36,429 bases of DNA from Acidobacteriota bacterium (GTDB lineage: Bacteria > Acidobacteriota > Vicinamibacteria > Vicinamibacterales > UBA2999), in NCBI GenBank assembly GCA_020200025.1, contig JAIVJN010000019.1, forward strand, positions 1-36,429, in the 5' to 3' direction. Below the pieces are notes generated by a model. It did not search any database. It saw only the letters and a program-made list of their open reading frames with translations, and had not been told where the DNA came from. Shown in pieces: positions 1-18,514 of this stretch (the first letter of the stretch is position 1; every line of letters begins with the position of its first letter). The position numbers and the translations under genes were made by a program.

Positions 1-1198
1 GGCAAAAGAGAAATTCGACCGTTCCAAACCGCACGTCAATGTCGGCACGATCGGCCACATCGACCACGGCAAGACCACGCTCACCGCGGCGTTGACAAAG
101 GTCGCGGCTGACAAGGGCTGGGCAAAGTTCGTCCCGTACGACGAGGTCGCCAAGGCGTCGGAGTCGCAGGGCCGTCGCGACGCGACGAAGATCCTGACGA
201 TCGCGACGAGCCACGTCGAGTACGCGACGCCGAAACGGCACTACGCGCACGTCGACTGCCCGGGCCATGCCGATTACATCAAGAACATGATCACCGGCGC
301 CGCGCAGATGGATGGCGCCATCCTCGTGGTCAGCGCCGTCGACGGCCCGATGCCGCAGACCCGCGAGCACGTGCTGCTCGCCAAGCAGGTCAACGTGCCG
401 TACATGGTCGTCGCCCTGAACAAGGTCGACGCAGTAGACGATGCGGAGCTCGTGGACCTCGTCGAACTCGAGGTGCGCGACCTGCTCAAAAGCTACGGCT
501 TCCCCGGCGACGACATCCCGGTGATCCGCGTCTCGGCGCTCAAGGCGCTGCAGGGCGACGCCGAAGGGGTGGACGGCCTGCTGAAGCTGATGGACGCGCT
601 CGACAGCTACATCCCGATGCCCGAGCGTGAAGTCGACAAGCCGTTCCTGATGCCGATCGAGGACGTGTTCTCGATCTCCGGCCGCGGCACCGTCGTCACG
701 GGCCGTGTCGAACGCGGCAAGGTGAAGGTGGGCGAGGAAGTCGAGATCGTCGGGTTCAAGCCGACCGAGAAGAAGGTCGTCACCGGCGTCGAGATGTTCC
801 GCAAGCTGCTCGACGCGGGCGAGGCGGGCGACAACATCGGCGTGCTCCTGCGCGGCGTGGAAAAAGACGACGTGGAGCGCGGGCAGGTGCTGTCCAAGCC
901 CGGCACGATCAAGCCGCACACCAAGTTCAAGGGGGAGGTCTACATCCTCTCCAAGGACGAGGGCGGGCGTCACACGCCGTTCTTCAACGGCTACCGTCCG
1001 CAGTTCTACATCCGCACGACCGATGTGACCGGCTCACTGAAGTTGCCGGAGGGCGTCGAGATGGTCATGCCCGGCGACAACACGAGCATCAGCGCGGAGC
1101 TGCACACGCCGGTGGCGCTCGAGAAGGGCGCCCGGTTCGCCATTCGTGAAGGAGGCCGGACCGTCGGCGCCGGCACGATCACCGAGATCGTCGAATAG
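1..1198 (+). CDS. tuf: Elongation factor Tu, 5' end cut by window edge
   Basis: Frame 2 is open from the window start: [27 protein letters not shown] (P-loop), [12 protein letters not shown], and C-terminal [17 protein letters not shown]. Stop TAG at 1196-1198. Only the initiator Met lies upstream of the window. Confidence 0.97.
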   Translation, partial: AKEKFDRSKPHVNVGTIGHIDHGKTTLTAALTKVAADKGWAKFVPYDEVAKASESQGRRDATKILTIATSHVEYATPKRHYAHVDCPGHADYIKNMITGAAQMDGAILVVSAVDGPMPQTREHVLLAKQVNVPYMVVALNKVDAVDDAELVDLVELEVRDLLKSYGFPGDDIPVIRVSALKALQGDAEGVDGLLKLMDALDSYIPMPEREVDKPFLMPIEDVFSISGRGTVVTGRVERGKVKVGEEVEIVGFKPTEKKVVTGVEMFRKLLDAGEAGDNIGVLLRGVEKDDVERGQVLSKPGTIKPHTKFKGEVYILSKDEGGRHTPFFNGYRPQFYIRTTDVTGSLKLPEGVEMVMPGDNTSISAELHTPVALEKGARFAIREGGRTVGAGTITEIVE

Positions 1199-1202
1199 GC
1201 AT

Positions 1203-1290
1203 TGGGCTTTGGGCTCTGGGCTTTGGGTTCGTCCTGAAGCCTGGGGCTCTGCACAAAGCCTAACGCCTGAAGCCCAAAGCCCGAAGCCCA
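1203..1290. repeat. Long imperfect hairpin of tandem GGGCTYTG-like units followed by their reverse complement (tuf-rpmG spacer)
   Basis: Left arm tgggctttgggctctgggctttgg (1203-1226). The reverse complement of the right arm (1267-1290) is tgggcttcgggctttgggcttcag, about 21 of 24 matching. The 15-mer ggcattgggctttgg recurs at about 3504. Confidence 0.7.
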
Positions 1291-1302
1291 GGATAGAAAC
1301 CT

Positions 1303-1452
1303 ATGCGCGACATCATTGCCCTGGCCTGCACCGAGTGTAAGCGCCGCAATTACAGCACGACCAAGAACAAGAAAAAGACGAGCGAGCGGCTCGAGTTCAG
1401 CAAGTACTGCCGCTTCTGCCGCAAGCACGTGGCGCATAAAGAGACGAAATAG
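1303..1452 (+). CDS. rpmG: 50S ribosomal protein L33
   Basis: 49-aa ORF too short for the supplied track: [49 protein letters not shown]. It has CxxC...CxxC zinc-ribbon spacing and the canonical position between tuf and tRNA-Trp/secE. Confidence 0.9.
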   Translation: MRDIIALACTECKRRNYSTTKNKKKTSERLEFSKYCRFCRKHVAHKETK

Positions 1453-1461
1453 CTTGGATTC

Positions 1462-1537
1462 AGGCCAGTAGCTCAATTGGCAGAGCACCGGTCTCCAAAA
1501 CCGGGGGTTGGGGGTTCGATTCCCTCCTGGCCTGCCA
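1462..1537 (+). tRNA. trnW: tRNA-Trp (anticodon CCA)
   Basis: 76 nt. Acceptor stem AGGCCAG/CTGGCCT, D-arm GCTCAATTGGCAGAGC, anticodon loop CTCCAAA, T-loop GGTTCGATTCC, discriminator G and an encoded CCA end. Confidence 0.93.
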
Positions 1538-1578
1538 ATCGCGCGGGCCCGGCGTCGGGCATCGAGGGACAGGCGGAC

Positions 1579-1848
1579 ATGAAAACGGCAATGGCCGAGC
1601 ACGACGACGACTCATTCGGCGGCCGCGCGCGAGACAGCGTCACTGGCTGGTGGGGCCGGTCGCGGCGCTTCCTCGCGGAAGTCCGCAACGAGATGTCCCG
1701 CGTCACGTGGCCCAGCCAGAAGGAAGTGTACGCGACAACGCTGGTGGTCATCCTGACGTCGGTCTTCTTCGGCGTCTATCTGTGGGGCATCGATCTGGTC
1801 CTCAACGGCATCGTGGGCTGGCTGTACAGGACATTCGGGGCGGCATGA
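1579..1848 (+). CDS. secE: Preprotein translocase subunit SecE
   Basis: Met at 1579; the upstream part of ORF 1477 overlaps the tRNA. Contains the motif [11 protein letters not shown] followed by one TM helix ([23 protein letters not shown]). ATGA overlap with nusG. Confidence 0.85.
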   Translation: MKTAMAEHDDDSFGGRARDSVTGWWGRSRRFLAEVRNEMSRVTWPSQKEVYATTLVVILTSVFFGVYLWGIDLVLNGIVGWLYRTFGAA

Positions 1849-2396
1849 CCACCATGACCGACGATCGCACGAAGCAGTGGTACATCGTCCACACGTACTC
1901 GGGGTTTGAAAAGAAGGTGTCCGAATCGCTGGTGCAGCGGGTCCAGGCGTACGGGCTCCAGGATGAGATCGGCGAAATCCTGATCCCGACCGAGGACGTC
2001 GTCGAGATGCGCGGCGGGAAAAAGGTCGTCAGCTCGAAGCGGTTCTTCCCCGGCTACATCCTTGTCGAGATGCACATGTCCGACAACGCGTGGCACGTCG
2101 TGAAGAACACGCCGAAAGTCACCGGGTTCGTCGGCGCCGGCGCGAAGCCCACGCCGCTCAGCCGCGAGGAAGTGGATCAAATCCTCCACCAGGTGACGGT
2201 CGCCGCCGAGAAGCCGAAGCCGAAGTACACGTTCGAGAAAGGCGATCAGGTCCGCATCAACGAGGGACCGTTCACGAGCTTCAACGGTGTCGTCGACGAG
2301 GTGAATCTCGACCGCAACACGCTGAAGGTGATGGTCACGATCTTCGGGCGGTCAACGCCGGTTGAATTGGATTTTTTGCAAGTGGAAAAGCTCTAA
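1845..2396 (+). CDS. nusG: Transcription termination/antitermination factor NusG
   Basis: [16 protein letters not shown] (NGN domain) and [21 protein letters not shown] (KOW). Start ATG 1845 overlaps the secE stop. Confidence 0.95.
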   Translation: MTTMTDDRTKQWYIVHTYSGFEKKVSESLVQRVQAYGLQDEIGEILIPTEDVVEMRGGKKVVSSKRFFPGYILVEMHMSDNAWHVVKNTPKVTGFVGAGAKPTPLSREEVDQILHQVTVAAEKPKPKYTFEKGDQVRINEGPFTSFNGVVDEVNLDRNTLKVMVTIFGRSTPVELDFLQVEKL

Positions 2397-2402
2397 CGTG
2401 AC

Positions 2403-2828
2403 ATGGCCAAAAAAGTAACGGCAATGGTGAAGCTCCAGATCGCGGCGGGGAAGGCGACCCCCGCGCCGCCGGTCGGGACCGCGCTCGGTCCGCACGGCGT
2501 CAATATCATGGACTTCTGCAAGAACTTCAACGCCAAGACGTCGAAGGACGAGGGCCTCATCATCCCGGTCGTCGTCACCGTGTACGCGGATCGGTCCTAC
2601 ACCTTCATCACCAAGACGCCGCCGGCGTCGATTCTGCTGAAGCGCGCGGCGAACCTCGCGAAGGGATCGAACGAGCCGAACAAGAACAAGGTCGGCACGG
2701 TGACGAAGAAGCAGGTCGAGGACATCGCCAAGCTCAAGATGCCCGACCTGAACTGCGAGTCGCTGGACGCGGCGTTCAAGACAGTCGCCGGCACCGCGCG
2801 CTCGATGGGAATCGATGTTATCGGGTGA
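2403..2828 (+). CDS. rplK: 50S ribosomal protein L11
   Basis: [44 protein letters not shown], a full-length 141-aa L11 that begins 6 nt after the nusG stop. Confidence 0.97.
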   Translation: MAKKVTAMVKLQIAAGKATPAPPVGTALGPHGVNIMDFCKNFNAKTSKDEGLIIPVVVTVYADRSYTFITKTPPASILLKRAANLAKGSNEPNKNKVGTVTKKQVEDIAKLKMPDLNCESLDAAFKTVAGTARSMGIDVIG

Positions 2829-2945
2829 TCGCGCGATTGGTGATCGGGCAATCGGATCGCGCGATCGGGTGATTGCCGATTGATCGCCGATCGCTCGATC
2901 GCAAGACTGAACGATCGCCCGATGGCCCGATCGCGAGATCGCCAG
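2829..2945. repeat. GATC-dense low-complexity palindromic spacer (rplK-rplA)
   Basis: Ten GATC sites (mostly CGATCG) in about 120 bp. Includes the perfect 12-nt palindrome gatcgcgcgatc flanked by caatcg/cgattg-type arms. Confidence 0.7.
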
Positions 2946-2994
2946 ATTCAGTAGGTGGGAGGCCGGACGGCCGTCTGAACCACAGGAGCAACAC

Positions 2995-3477
2995 ATGCGC
3001 AAGTCAGGAAAGAAATTCACTGCCGCCAGGCAGCAGGTGCCAGAGCGTCCGCACTCGATCGAGGATGCTGTTCCCCTCATGCAGAAAGTGAAGTACGCGA
3101 AGTTCGACGAGACCGTCGAACTCGCGCTTCGGCTGGGCGTCGATCCGAAGCACGCCGATCAGATGGTCCGCGGCACGGTGGTACTGCCCCATGGGCTCGG
3201 CAAGAGCAAGCGCGTGCTGGCGATTGTTGGCGGGGAAAAGCAGAAAGAAGCGCAGGACGCCGGCGCCGACGTGGTCGGCGGCGAGGAGGTCGTCGACAAG
3301 ATCCAGGGCGGCTGGATGGACTTTGACGCGGTCGTGGCCACGCCTGACATGATGCGCGCGGTCGGCAAGCTCGGAAAGGTGCTGGGCCCGCGCGGACTCA
3401 TGCCGAATCCGAAGACAGGCACGGTGACGTTCGACATCGGTTCGCGATTGATACGAGTCACGTCACGGATGTGGTGA
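2995..3477 (+). CDS. rplA: 50S ribosomal protein L1, internally truncated or frame-broken in this sequence
   Basis: L1-like through residue about 149 (...[17 protein letters not shown]), then [11 protein letters not shown]-stop. Roughly 65-80 expected C-terminal residues are absent. An alternative frame from 3441 reads [14 protein letters not shown]-stop (3483-3485), which resembles a genuine L1 C-terminus. Confidence 0.85.
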   Translation: MRKSGKKFTAARQQVPERPHSIEDAVPLMQKVKYAKFDETVELALRLGVDPKHADQMVRGTVVLPHGLGKSKRVLAIVGGEKQKEAQDAGADVVGGEEVVDKIQGGWMDFDAVVATPDMMRAVGKLGKVLGPRGLMPNPKTGTVTFDIGSRLIRVTSRMW

Positions 3478-3490
3478 AGCACTAAGCGGA

Positions 3491-3546
3491 CTTTGGGGAT
3501 TGGGCATTGGGCTTTGGCAACGAAAGCCCGAACCGAACGCCCAAGG
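3491..3546. repeat. Imperfect hairpin related to the 1203-1290 element (rplA-rplJ spacer / rplJ leader)
   Basis: ctttggggattgggcattgggctttgg ... cgaaagcccgaaccgaacgcccaagg. The core stem is gggcttt/aaagccc. Shares ggcattgggctttgg with the post-tuf element. Confidence 0.6.
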
Positions 3547-3567
3547 CCTGACAAGGATCAGAAGAAA

Positions 3568-4095
3568 ATGCCCGTCACGAAAGCAAGCAAGGAAATCGAC
3601 CTCAAGAGCCTCGAGGACTCCTTCAAGGAGACCGACAGCGCGATCCTGGTGGATTACCGCGGCCTCAAGGTGCCCGAGGTGACCGAGCTGCGCCGGCAGG
3701 TACGGCGCGCGCGCGGGCGCTACAAGGTCGTCAAGAATACGCTGGCACGGCGCGCCCTGAAAGGCACGGCCTTCGAATCGTTGACCGAGCACTTCATCGG
3801 CACCACGGCGGTGGCGTACAGCGGCGACGACCCCGTCGCGCTCGCGAAGGTGCTGACGACGTTCGCGAAAACGACGCCGGCGCTGCAGATCAAGGCGGCG
3901 GTCGTGCAGGGCCGCGCGATCAAGACGGCGGAGGTCAGCGACCTCGCGACGCTGCCCGGCAAGCCGGAGCTTTACGCGAAGCTGCTGTTCCTGCTCCAGG
4001 CGCCCATGGTGCAGCTGGTCACCGTCCTGCACGCGGTGCCACGGGACCTGATGAACGTATTGGTGGCGGCGGAGAAGAAGAGATCTGAATCGTAG
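3568..4095 (+). CDS. rplJ: 50S ribosomal protein L10
   Basis: Met at 3568 within ORF 3493. DSAILVDYRGLKVPEVTELRRQVR...YKVVKNTLARRAL is typical L10, 175 aa. Confidence 0.93.
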   Translation: MPVTKASKEIDLKSLEDSFKETDSAILVDYRGLKVPEVTELRRQVRRARGRYKVVKNTLARRALKGTAFESLTEHFIGTTAVAYSGDDPVALAKVLTTFAKTTPALQIKAAVVQGRAIKTAEVSDLATLPGKPELYAKLLFLLQAPMVQLVTVLHAVPRDLMNVLVAAEKKRSES

Positions 4096-4186
4096 GAAAG
4101 CTGTCAGCGTTCAGCTTTCAGCTCTCAGCCAGACGAGGCCAGGGAGCGACGAGCTGACAGCTGATGGCTGATAGCTGACAGCTTTC
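4096..4186. repeat. About 90-nt imperfect hairpin of CAGCT-rich units (rplJ-rplL spacer)
   Basis: Left arm gaaagctgtcagcgttcagctttcagctctcagcc (4096-4130). The reverse complement of the right arm (4153-4186) is gaaagctgtcagctatcagccatcagctgtcagc. Confidence 0.75.
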
Positions 4187-4205
4187 AGCGTTAGGAGAGA
4201 GAGAA

Positions 4206-4350
4206 ATGGCCGAAGTGAATCAGCAGCAGGTGATCGAGTACATCAAGGGCATCTCCGTCCTCGAGCTGTCGCAGCTCGTGAAGGAGCTCGAGAAGGAGCT
4301 CGGCGTGTCGGCGGCCGCGGCGATGCCGATGGGCATGCCGATGGCACCGC
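4206..4350 (+). CDS. rplL: 50S ribosomal protein L7/L12, N-terminal dimerisation domain only
   Basis: [48 protein letters not shown] covers the NTD and the start of the hinge. The conserved C-terminal domain is absent and the frame runs out of frame into rpoB (ORF 4206..5390). Confidence 0.75.
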
Positions 4351-4362
4351 GAGGTTTCATCT

Positions 4363-8648
<4,286 letters not shown>

Positions 8649-8659
8649 GGAAGGAATCG

Positions 8660-12865
<4,206 letters not shown>

Positions 12866-12953
12866 CACGAAGGGGACTGGCTCCTTTTCCTGACAGTCCA
12901 CGGAAAGGTACCTGTCCCGTGATGATTACCAAATACGGCCGTTGCGCGATCTG

Positions 12954-12991
12954 ATGGCGGTGGTTCTTTGGAGCCACCGCCATTTTTGTTT
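12954..12991 (+). terminator. Rho-independent terminator downstream of rpoC
   Basis: Perfect 10-bp stem atggcggtgg / ccaccgccat with a 10-nt loop, followed by tttttgttt. Confidence 0.8.
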
Positions 12992-13025
12992 GTCCGGCAT
13001 TCTGCCGCTCACAGCTTCAGGATTT

Positions 13026-13078
13026 GTAGTGTCCGGCTTCGGCCGGACCAGGACAGTCCGCCTGAAGTCGGACACTAC
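13026..13078. repeat. Intergenic hairpin element
   Basis: Arms gtagtgtccggcttc / gaagtcggacactac (14 of 15). An inner perfect stem-loop gtccggc-TTCG-gccggac lies at 13031-13048. Confidence 0.65.
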
Positions 13079-13323
13079 AGCGATCTTCACAGGCAGCGGA
13101 AGCGATGGAACTCGTCCGGCGACGGCCCCCGCTGCCGAAAGGAGGATCAGAGTCAAGCGCTAGTTTCCAAACGCGTACAAGTGACTTTCGGTACAACGGG
13201 TCGCTCCGTGCAGAGACATGGGGCGAAATCGAACGCTGGCTCGACGATGTAATTCGACTGTCGCCGCCGAGATAATATGGACGGCTCGACAGCGGCAGTC
13301 GCAGGGTCGGAGTAAGGCCGTTC

Positions 13324-14194
13324 ATGCTGTCGCTCTGGCGGCGGCTTCCCGTGATCGTGCGCGCTGTCCTCACCGGGGCCGTCGTGGCAACGGCCGGCAC
13401 CGTACCATGGGCCCTCCTTGTTGCGGCAAACTCCAGGCATTGGGTCGCCGTCCCGTGGGCGGTGCCCCCAACCGCGCTCTATCTGTGGCTCTTCTGGCGC
13501 TATGTCCGCGGAGCGGGATGGCCGCGGTCGACCTCGGAGGCACGACGCACGAACTGTCGCGCCAATCGGCTCTCGGATGAAGTCTGGGGAGCCGCGCTGT
13601 TGGCTGGCGTCCTGGGTCTCGTCGCCCTGGTGCTGTTTCTCACCGTTATCAACCGTCTGGTCCGCCTGCCGGCACAGCCCACTGACGAACTCTCGCATGT
13701 GCCAGTCCTGACACGGGTGACATGGCTGCTCATGAGCGCCGTTGTCGCCGGCATCGCCGAGGAATCGTCGTTCCGCGGGTACATGCAGGGGCCGATCGAG
13801 CGGCGTCATGGGCCGGTGGTCGCCATCCTCGTGACGGGGAGCCTGTTTGGATTCGCGCACTTCACGCATCCGGAAGTCACGCTGATTCTGATGCCGTACT
13901 ACCTGGCCGTCGCGGCCGTCTATGGCGCGCTGGCCTACCTGACGAACTCGATCCTGCCGAGTGTCGTTCTTCACACTGGCGGGAACATCTTTGGCGCTAT
14001 CGATCTGTTCGGGCGGGGTCGTGCGGAGTGGCAGGCATCGTCGAACCGGGCGCCCCTCATCTGGGAAACAGGCCGATGCGTCGTTCGTAATCTCATGTCT
14101 GGCAACCCTGATCGTCGGGGCCGCCGCGGTTTGGGCCTACGCCGCGCTTGCCAGCGTGGCGCGGAACGAACCGCAACGTGCCGCCTTGATCTGA
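13324..14194 (+). CDS. CPBP-family intramembrane glutamic endopeptidase (CAAX protease-like), apparent 1-nt frame break near 14070
   Basis: Motifs GIAEESSFRGY (EExxxR), FGFAHF (FxxxH) and VVLHTGGN (HxxxN) with multiple TM helices. After about 14070 the plausible continuation (ADASFVISCLATLIVGAAAVWAYAALA...stop 14194) is in another frame. The as-is ORF instead reads through the 14196-14312 hairpin. Confidence 0.7.
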
Positions 14195-14195
14195 G

Positions 14196-14312
14196 GTTCG
14201 GTGCGGAGATACGGAGAAGGCAGAGATACGGAGAAGACCAACCACGGAGACACGGAGATCACGAGGTCATGGTCTTACTCATGGTCTCCGTGTCCTCCGT
14301 GTCTCCGTAGTT
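14196..14312. repeat. Intergenic tandem plus inverted repeat (ACGGAGA units)
   Basis: gatacggagaa appears twice, then cacggagacacggagatcacgaggtcatgg - tcttact - catggtctccgtgtcctccgtgtctccgt, giving a long imperfect hairpin. Confidence 0.7.
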
Positions 14313-14354
14313 AGTATTCCCCGTGACCTCCGTTCGCGCCTGTAGAATGCGCGA

Positions 14355-15752
<1,398 letters not shown>

Positions 15753-15756
15753 GCAT

Positions 15757-15792
15757 CACATCTTGACAATCAAGATGTAGCATCACTATCAT
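15757..15792 (+). promoter_or_regulatory. Sigma70-like promoter (TTGACA-18 nt-TATCAT) overlapped by a perfect 9-3-9 palindrome
   Basis: ACATCTTGA-CAA-TCAAGATGT at 15757-15777. TTGACA at 15763-15768 and TATCAT at 15787-15792. Direct repeat agcatcac flanks the palindrome. Confidence 0.55.
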
Positions 15793-15798
15793 CCTGGC

Positions 15799-16214
15799 TT
15801 GCAGAAGCGGACGTCACTCTGGCGCTACCTTGTGCGTGGCTTCGCCGGCTGACGGACAGGACTGCGGCCGACCGGGACCTCACCGACGAACTGCAGCACT
15901 ACTTCGACCAGGCGACCGCGGCGTTCGTCGCGCGCGGACTCTCGCCTGAGGAGGCGCGCCGAGCCGCGCGCCTGGAGCTCGGCAGCATGGCAACCGTGAC
16001 CGAACAGGTACGGGCATACGGCTGGGAGCATGCTGTCGGGACGCTAATCAGCGATCTCCGCTACGCCGCGCGACGGCTGCGGGCGGCGCCCGGCTTCACC
16101 GCGATCGCGGTCCTCACCCTGGCGATTGGCATCGGCTCCACGACGGCGATTTTCAGCGCGGTGAACCCAATCCTGGTGCACCCTTGCCGTATCCGCAAGC
16201 CGACCGGATCGTGA
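15799..16214 (+). CDS. ADOP-type MacB/FtsX permease, N-terminal region (frame-broken; start unresolved)
   Basis: WLRRLTDRTAADRDLTDELQHYFDQATAAFVARGLSPEEARRAARLELGS...LISDLRYAARRLRAAPGFTAIAVLTLAIGIGSTTAIFSAVNPILV is the typical ADOP N-terminus. No in-frame start follows the stop at 15752. TTG at 15799 is in another frame (MQKRTSLWRYLVRGFAG-stop). There is a second break at about 16178. Confidence 0.6.
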
Positions 16215-18445
16215 TGATCTGGGAGATGCGCCCCGATGGGTCGCGCAGGGAAGGCACGTTCGGGATCTATCGCGAGCTCGTGGACCGGCTTCGCTCGTTC
16301 GACGCGATCGCCGTCATCAAGCCGTGGCAACCGACGATGACGGGACCCGACCAGCCGGACCGTTTCGAGGGGCAGCGTGTCAGTGCGAGCTACTTCCGCG
16401 TGCTGGGGGTTCCGCCGGTTCTGGGCAGAGACTTTCTGGCCTCGGACGATCGGCTCAATGCGCCAGACGTGACCGTCCTGAGCCGCGGGCTCTGGCAGCG
16501 TCGGTTCGGCGGTGATCGCGCGATCGTCGGCCGCCAGATCGTTCTCGACGACATCAGCTATTCGGTCATTGGCGTCATGCCGATAGGCTTTGAAAATGTG
16601 CTGGCTCCATCGGCGGAGCTGTGGGCACCGCTGAAGTACGACATGTCGCAGGGACGCGCGTGGGGTCATCACCTGCGGACCGTGGGTCGGCTGCAGCCAG
16701 GCGTCAGCGAGGATCGCGCTCTGCGAGAGCTCGATGTACTCGGGCACGAACTGGTGAAACAGTTTCCGAAGGAGTATGGCATCCCCGAGAGGTTCATCGT
16801 CGCGTCGCTGCAGGACGACGTCACGCGTGGCGTCAAGCCGGCGCTCGTGGCGATCCTCGGCGCCGTCATCCTCGTGCTCGTGATCGCCTGCGTGAACGTG
16901 ACGAATCTGCTGCTCGCCCGAGGTGTATACCGACGCGGCGAGTTCGGGCTCCGCGCGGCGCTCGGGGCCGGGCGTGGTCGCTTGATCCGGCAACTGCTCA
17001 CGGAGAGCCTGCTGCTCGCCGGCATAGGCGGGGTGGCCGGGATGGCCTTGGCGATGCTCTGCGTGCGCGCGCTCGTGGCGCTAAGTCCGCCCGGACTGCC
17101 GCGCGTCGGCGCCATCAGCGTCGATGGCGCCATGTTCGGCTTTGGATTGCTGATCACGACGCTAATCGGCGTGGCTTTCGGCCTAATTCCGGCCTTTCAG
17201 GCGACGCGCAGTGACCCGCACAGGGACCTTCAGCACGGCTCGCGAACTACCGGGGGCGCACATCGGCGCACCAGCAGCGCCCTGGTTGTCGCGGAAGTCG
17301 CGCTCGCCCTCGTTCTGCTCGTGAGCTCTGGCCTGCTCCTTCGCAGTCTGCAGCGCCTGTTCGCCGTCGAAGTTGGGTTCGATTCGTCGCACCTGCTGAC
17401 GATGCAGATCCAGACCTCGGGCCACCGATTTCAAGACGACAGCACTACCTTTCAGTTCTTCGCCCGGGCGCTCGAGGCGGTCAGGCAAGTGCCGGGTGTA
17501 ACGGCTGCCGCCGTTACGAATCAGCTGCCGCTGAGCGGCGACTTCGACTCGTATGGAGTGCACTTCGAGTCGAGTCCGACCCAGCGAGCGGATGAGGACC
17601 ACAGCGCGTTCCGCTACGGCGTCAGCCCGGGCTATATCGAAACGATGCGCATTCCCCTGCGGCGCGGCCGCCTGCTTAACGAGCACGACCGCGCAGGCGC
17701 GCCGCGCGTTGCCCTGATCAACGAGTCGTTCGCGAAACGCAGCTTCCCGGGAATCGACCCGCTCGGTCAGCGCCTGCGCATCGGACCGATGGACGGACCG
17801 CCCTACACCATGGTCGGCATCGTCGGGGACGGGAAACAGTTGTCATTGGCGGGGACTCCGGCGGACGCGGTGTACACCACCACGAGCCAGTGGCGGTTCG
17901 CCGACAACGTAATGTCGCTCGTCGTCCGCGCCCGCGGCGACGCAGCCGCACTCGCTCCAGCCGTTCGTCAGGCGATTTGGTCGATCGACAAGGACCAGCC
18001 GATCGTCCGAGTCGCGACGATGGACGACCTTGTCGCCGCCTCGGCCGCGGAGCGGCGCTTCGTTCTGCTCGTGTTCGAGGCGTTCGCGCTCGTGGCGCTG
18101 GTGCTGGCCGCCGCCGGCATGTACGGCGTGCTGTCCGGCAGAGTGGCCGAGCGTACTCGCGAAATTGGTGTGCGATCGGCGCTCGGCGCATCGCGTCGGA
18201 ACATCGTCGCGCTGGTCGTTCGTCAGGGGATGGTGCTCGCCGGCCTCGGGATCGCGATCGGTCTGGCCGGGTCGGCCGCGGCCAGCCAGGCCATCGCTGC
18301 GATGCTCTTCGGGATATCACGGCTGGATCCGATCACATATGCCGCTGTCATTGCGCTGCTCACGGTCGGCGCGGTGATCGCATGCTGGATACCCGCGTGG
18401 CGCGCGGCGCGGGTCGATCCAGCGATCACGCTGAAAGCAGAGTAA
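16184..18445 (+). CDS. ADOP-type MacB/FtsX-family ABC transporter permease, main body
   Basis: PLPYPQADRIVMIWE..., a periplasmic MacB_PCD-like region, and two FtsX 4-TM modules (LRALGAGRGRLIRQLLTESLLL; VRSALGASRRNIVALVVRQGM). It continues the 15846 frame after a 1-nt shift in gtgcaccc. Confidence 0.85.
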   Translation: MPYPQADRIVMIWEMRPDGSRREGTFGIYRELVDRLRSFDAIAVIKPWQPTMTGPDQPDRFEGQRVSASYFRVLGVPPVLGRDFLASDDRLNAPDVTVLSRGLWQRRFGGDRAIVGRQIVLDDISYSVIGVMPIGFENVLAPSAELWAPLKYDMSQGRAWGHHLRTVGRLQPGVSEDRALRELDVLGHELVKQFPKEYGIPERFIVASLQDDVTRGVKPALVAILGAVILVLVIACVNVTNLLLARGVYRRGEFGLRAALGAGRGRLIRQLLTESLLLAGIGGVAGMALAMLCVRALVALSPPGLPRVGAISVDGAMFGFGLLITTLIGVAFGLIPAFQATRSDPHRDLQHGSRTTGGAHRRTSSALVVAEVALALVLLVSSGLLLRSLQRLFAVEVGFDSSHLLTMQIQTSGHRFQDDSTTFQFFARALEAVRQVPGVTAAAVTNQLPLSGDFDSYGVHFESSPTQRADEDHSAFRYGVSPGYIETMRIPLRRGRLLNEHDRAGAPRVALINESFAKRSFPGIDPLGQRLRIGPMDGPPYTMVGIVGDGKQLSLAGTPADAVYTTTSQWRFADNVMSLVVRARGDAAALAPAVRQAIWSIDKDQPIVRVATMDDLVAASAAERRFVLLVFEAFALVALVLAAAGMYGVLSGRVAERTREIGVRSALGASRRNIVALVVRQGMVLAGLGIAIGLAGSAAASQAIAAMLFGISRLDPITYAAVIALLTVGAVIACWIPAWRAARVDPAITLKAE

Positions 18446-18514
18446 TCCCACCTCGGAGAGTAGTACACTTCCGCCGAACTCCAACGCGGACAACTCCGCC
18501 CGAAAGAGGTCGCC

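Noticed and set aside
1477-1578. N-terminal extension of the secE ORF as given in the track.
   Set aside because: It overlaps tRNA-Trp entirely. The internal Met at 1579 gives a normal-length SecE.
1199-4200. Repeated intergenic elements as a possible CRISPR array.
   Set aside because: The repeats are not identical units separated by unique spacers of regular length. They lie in separate spacers between essential genes, form self-complementary hairpins, and no cas genes are present.
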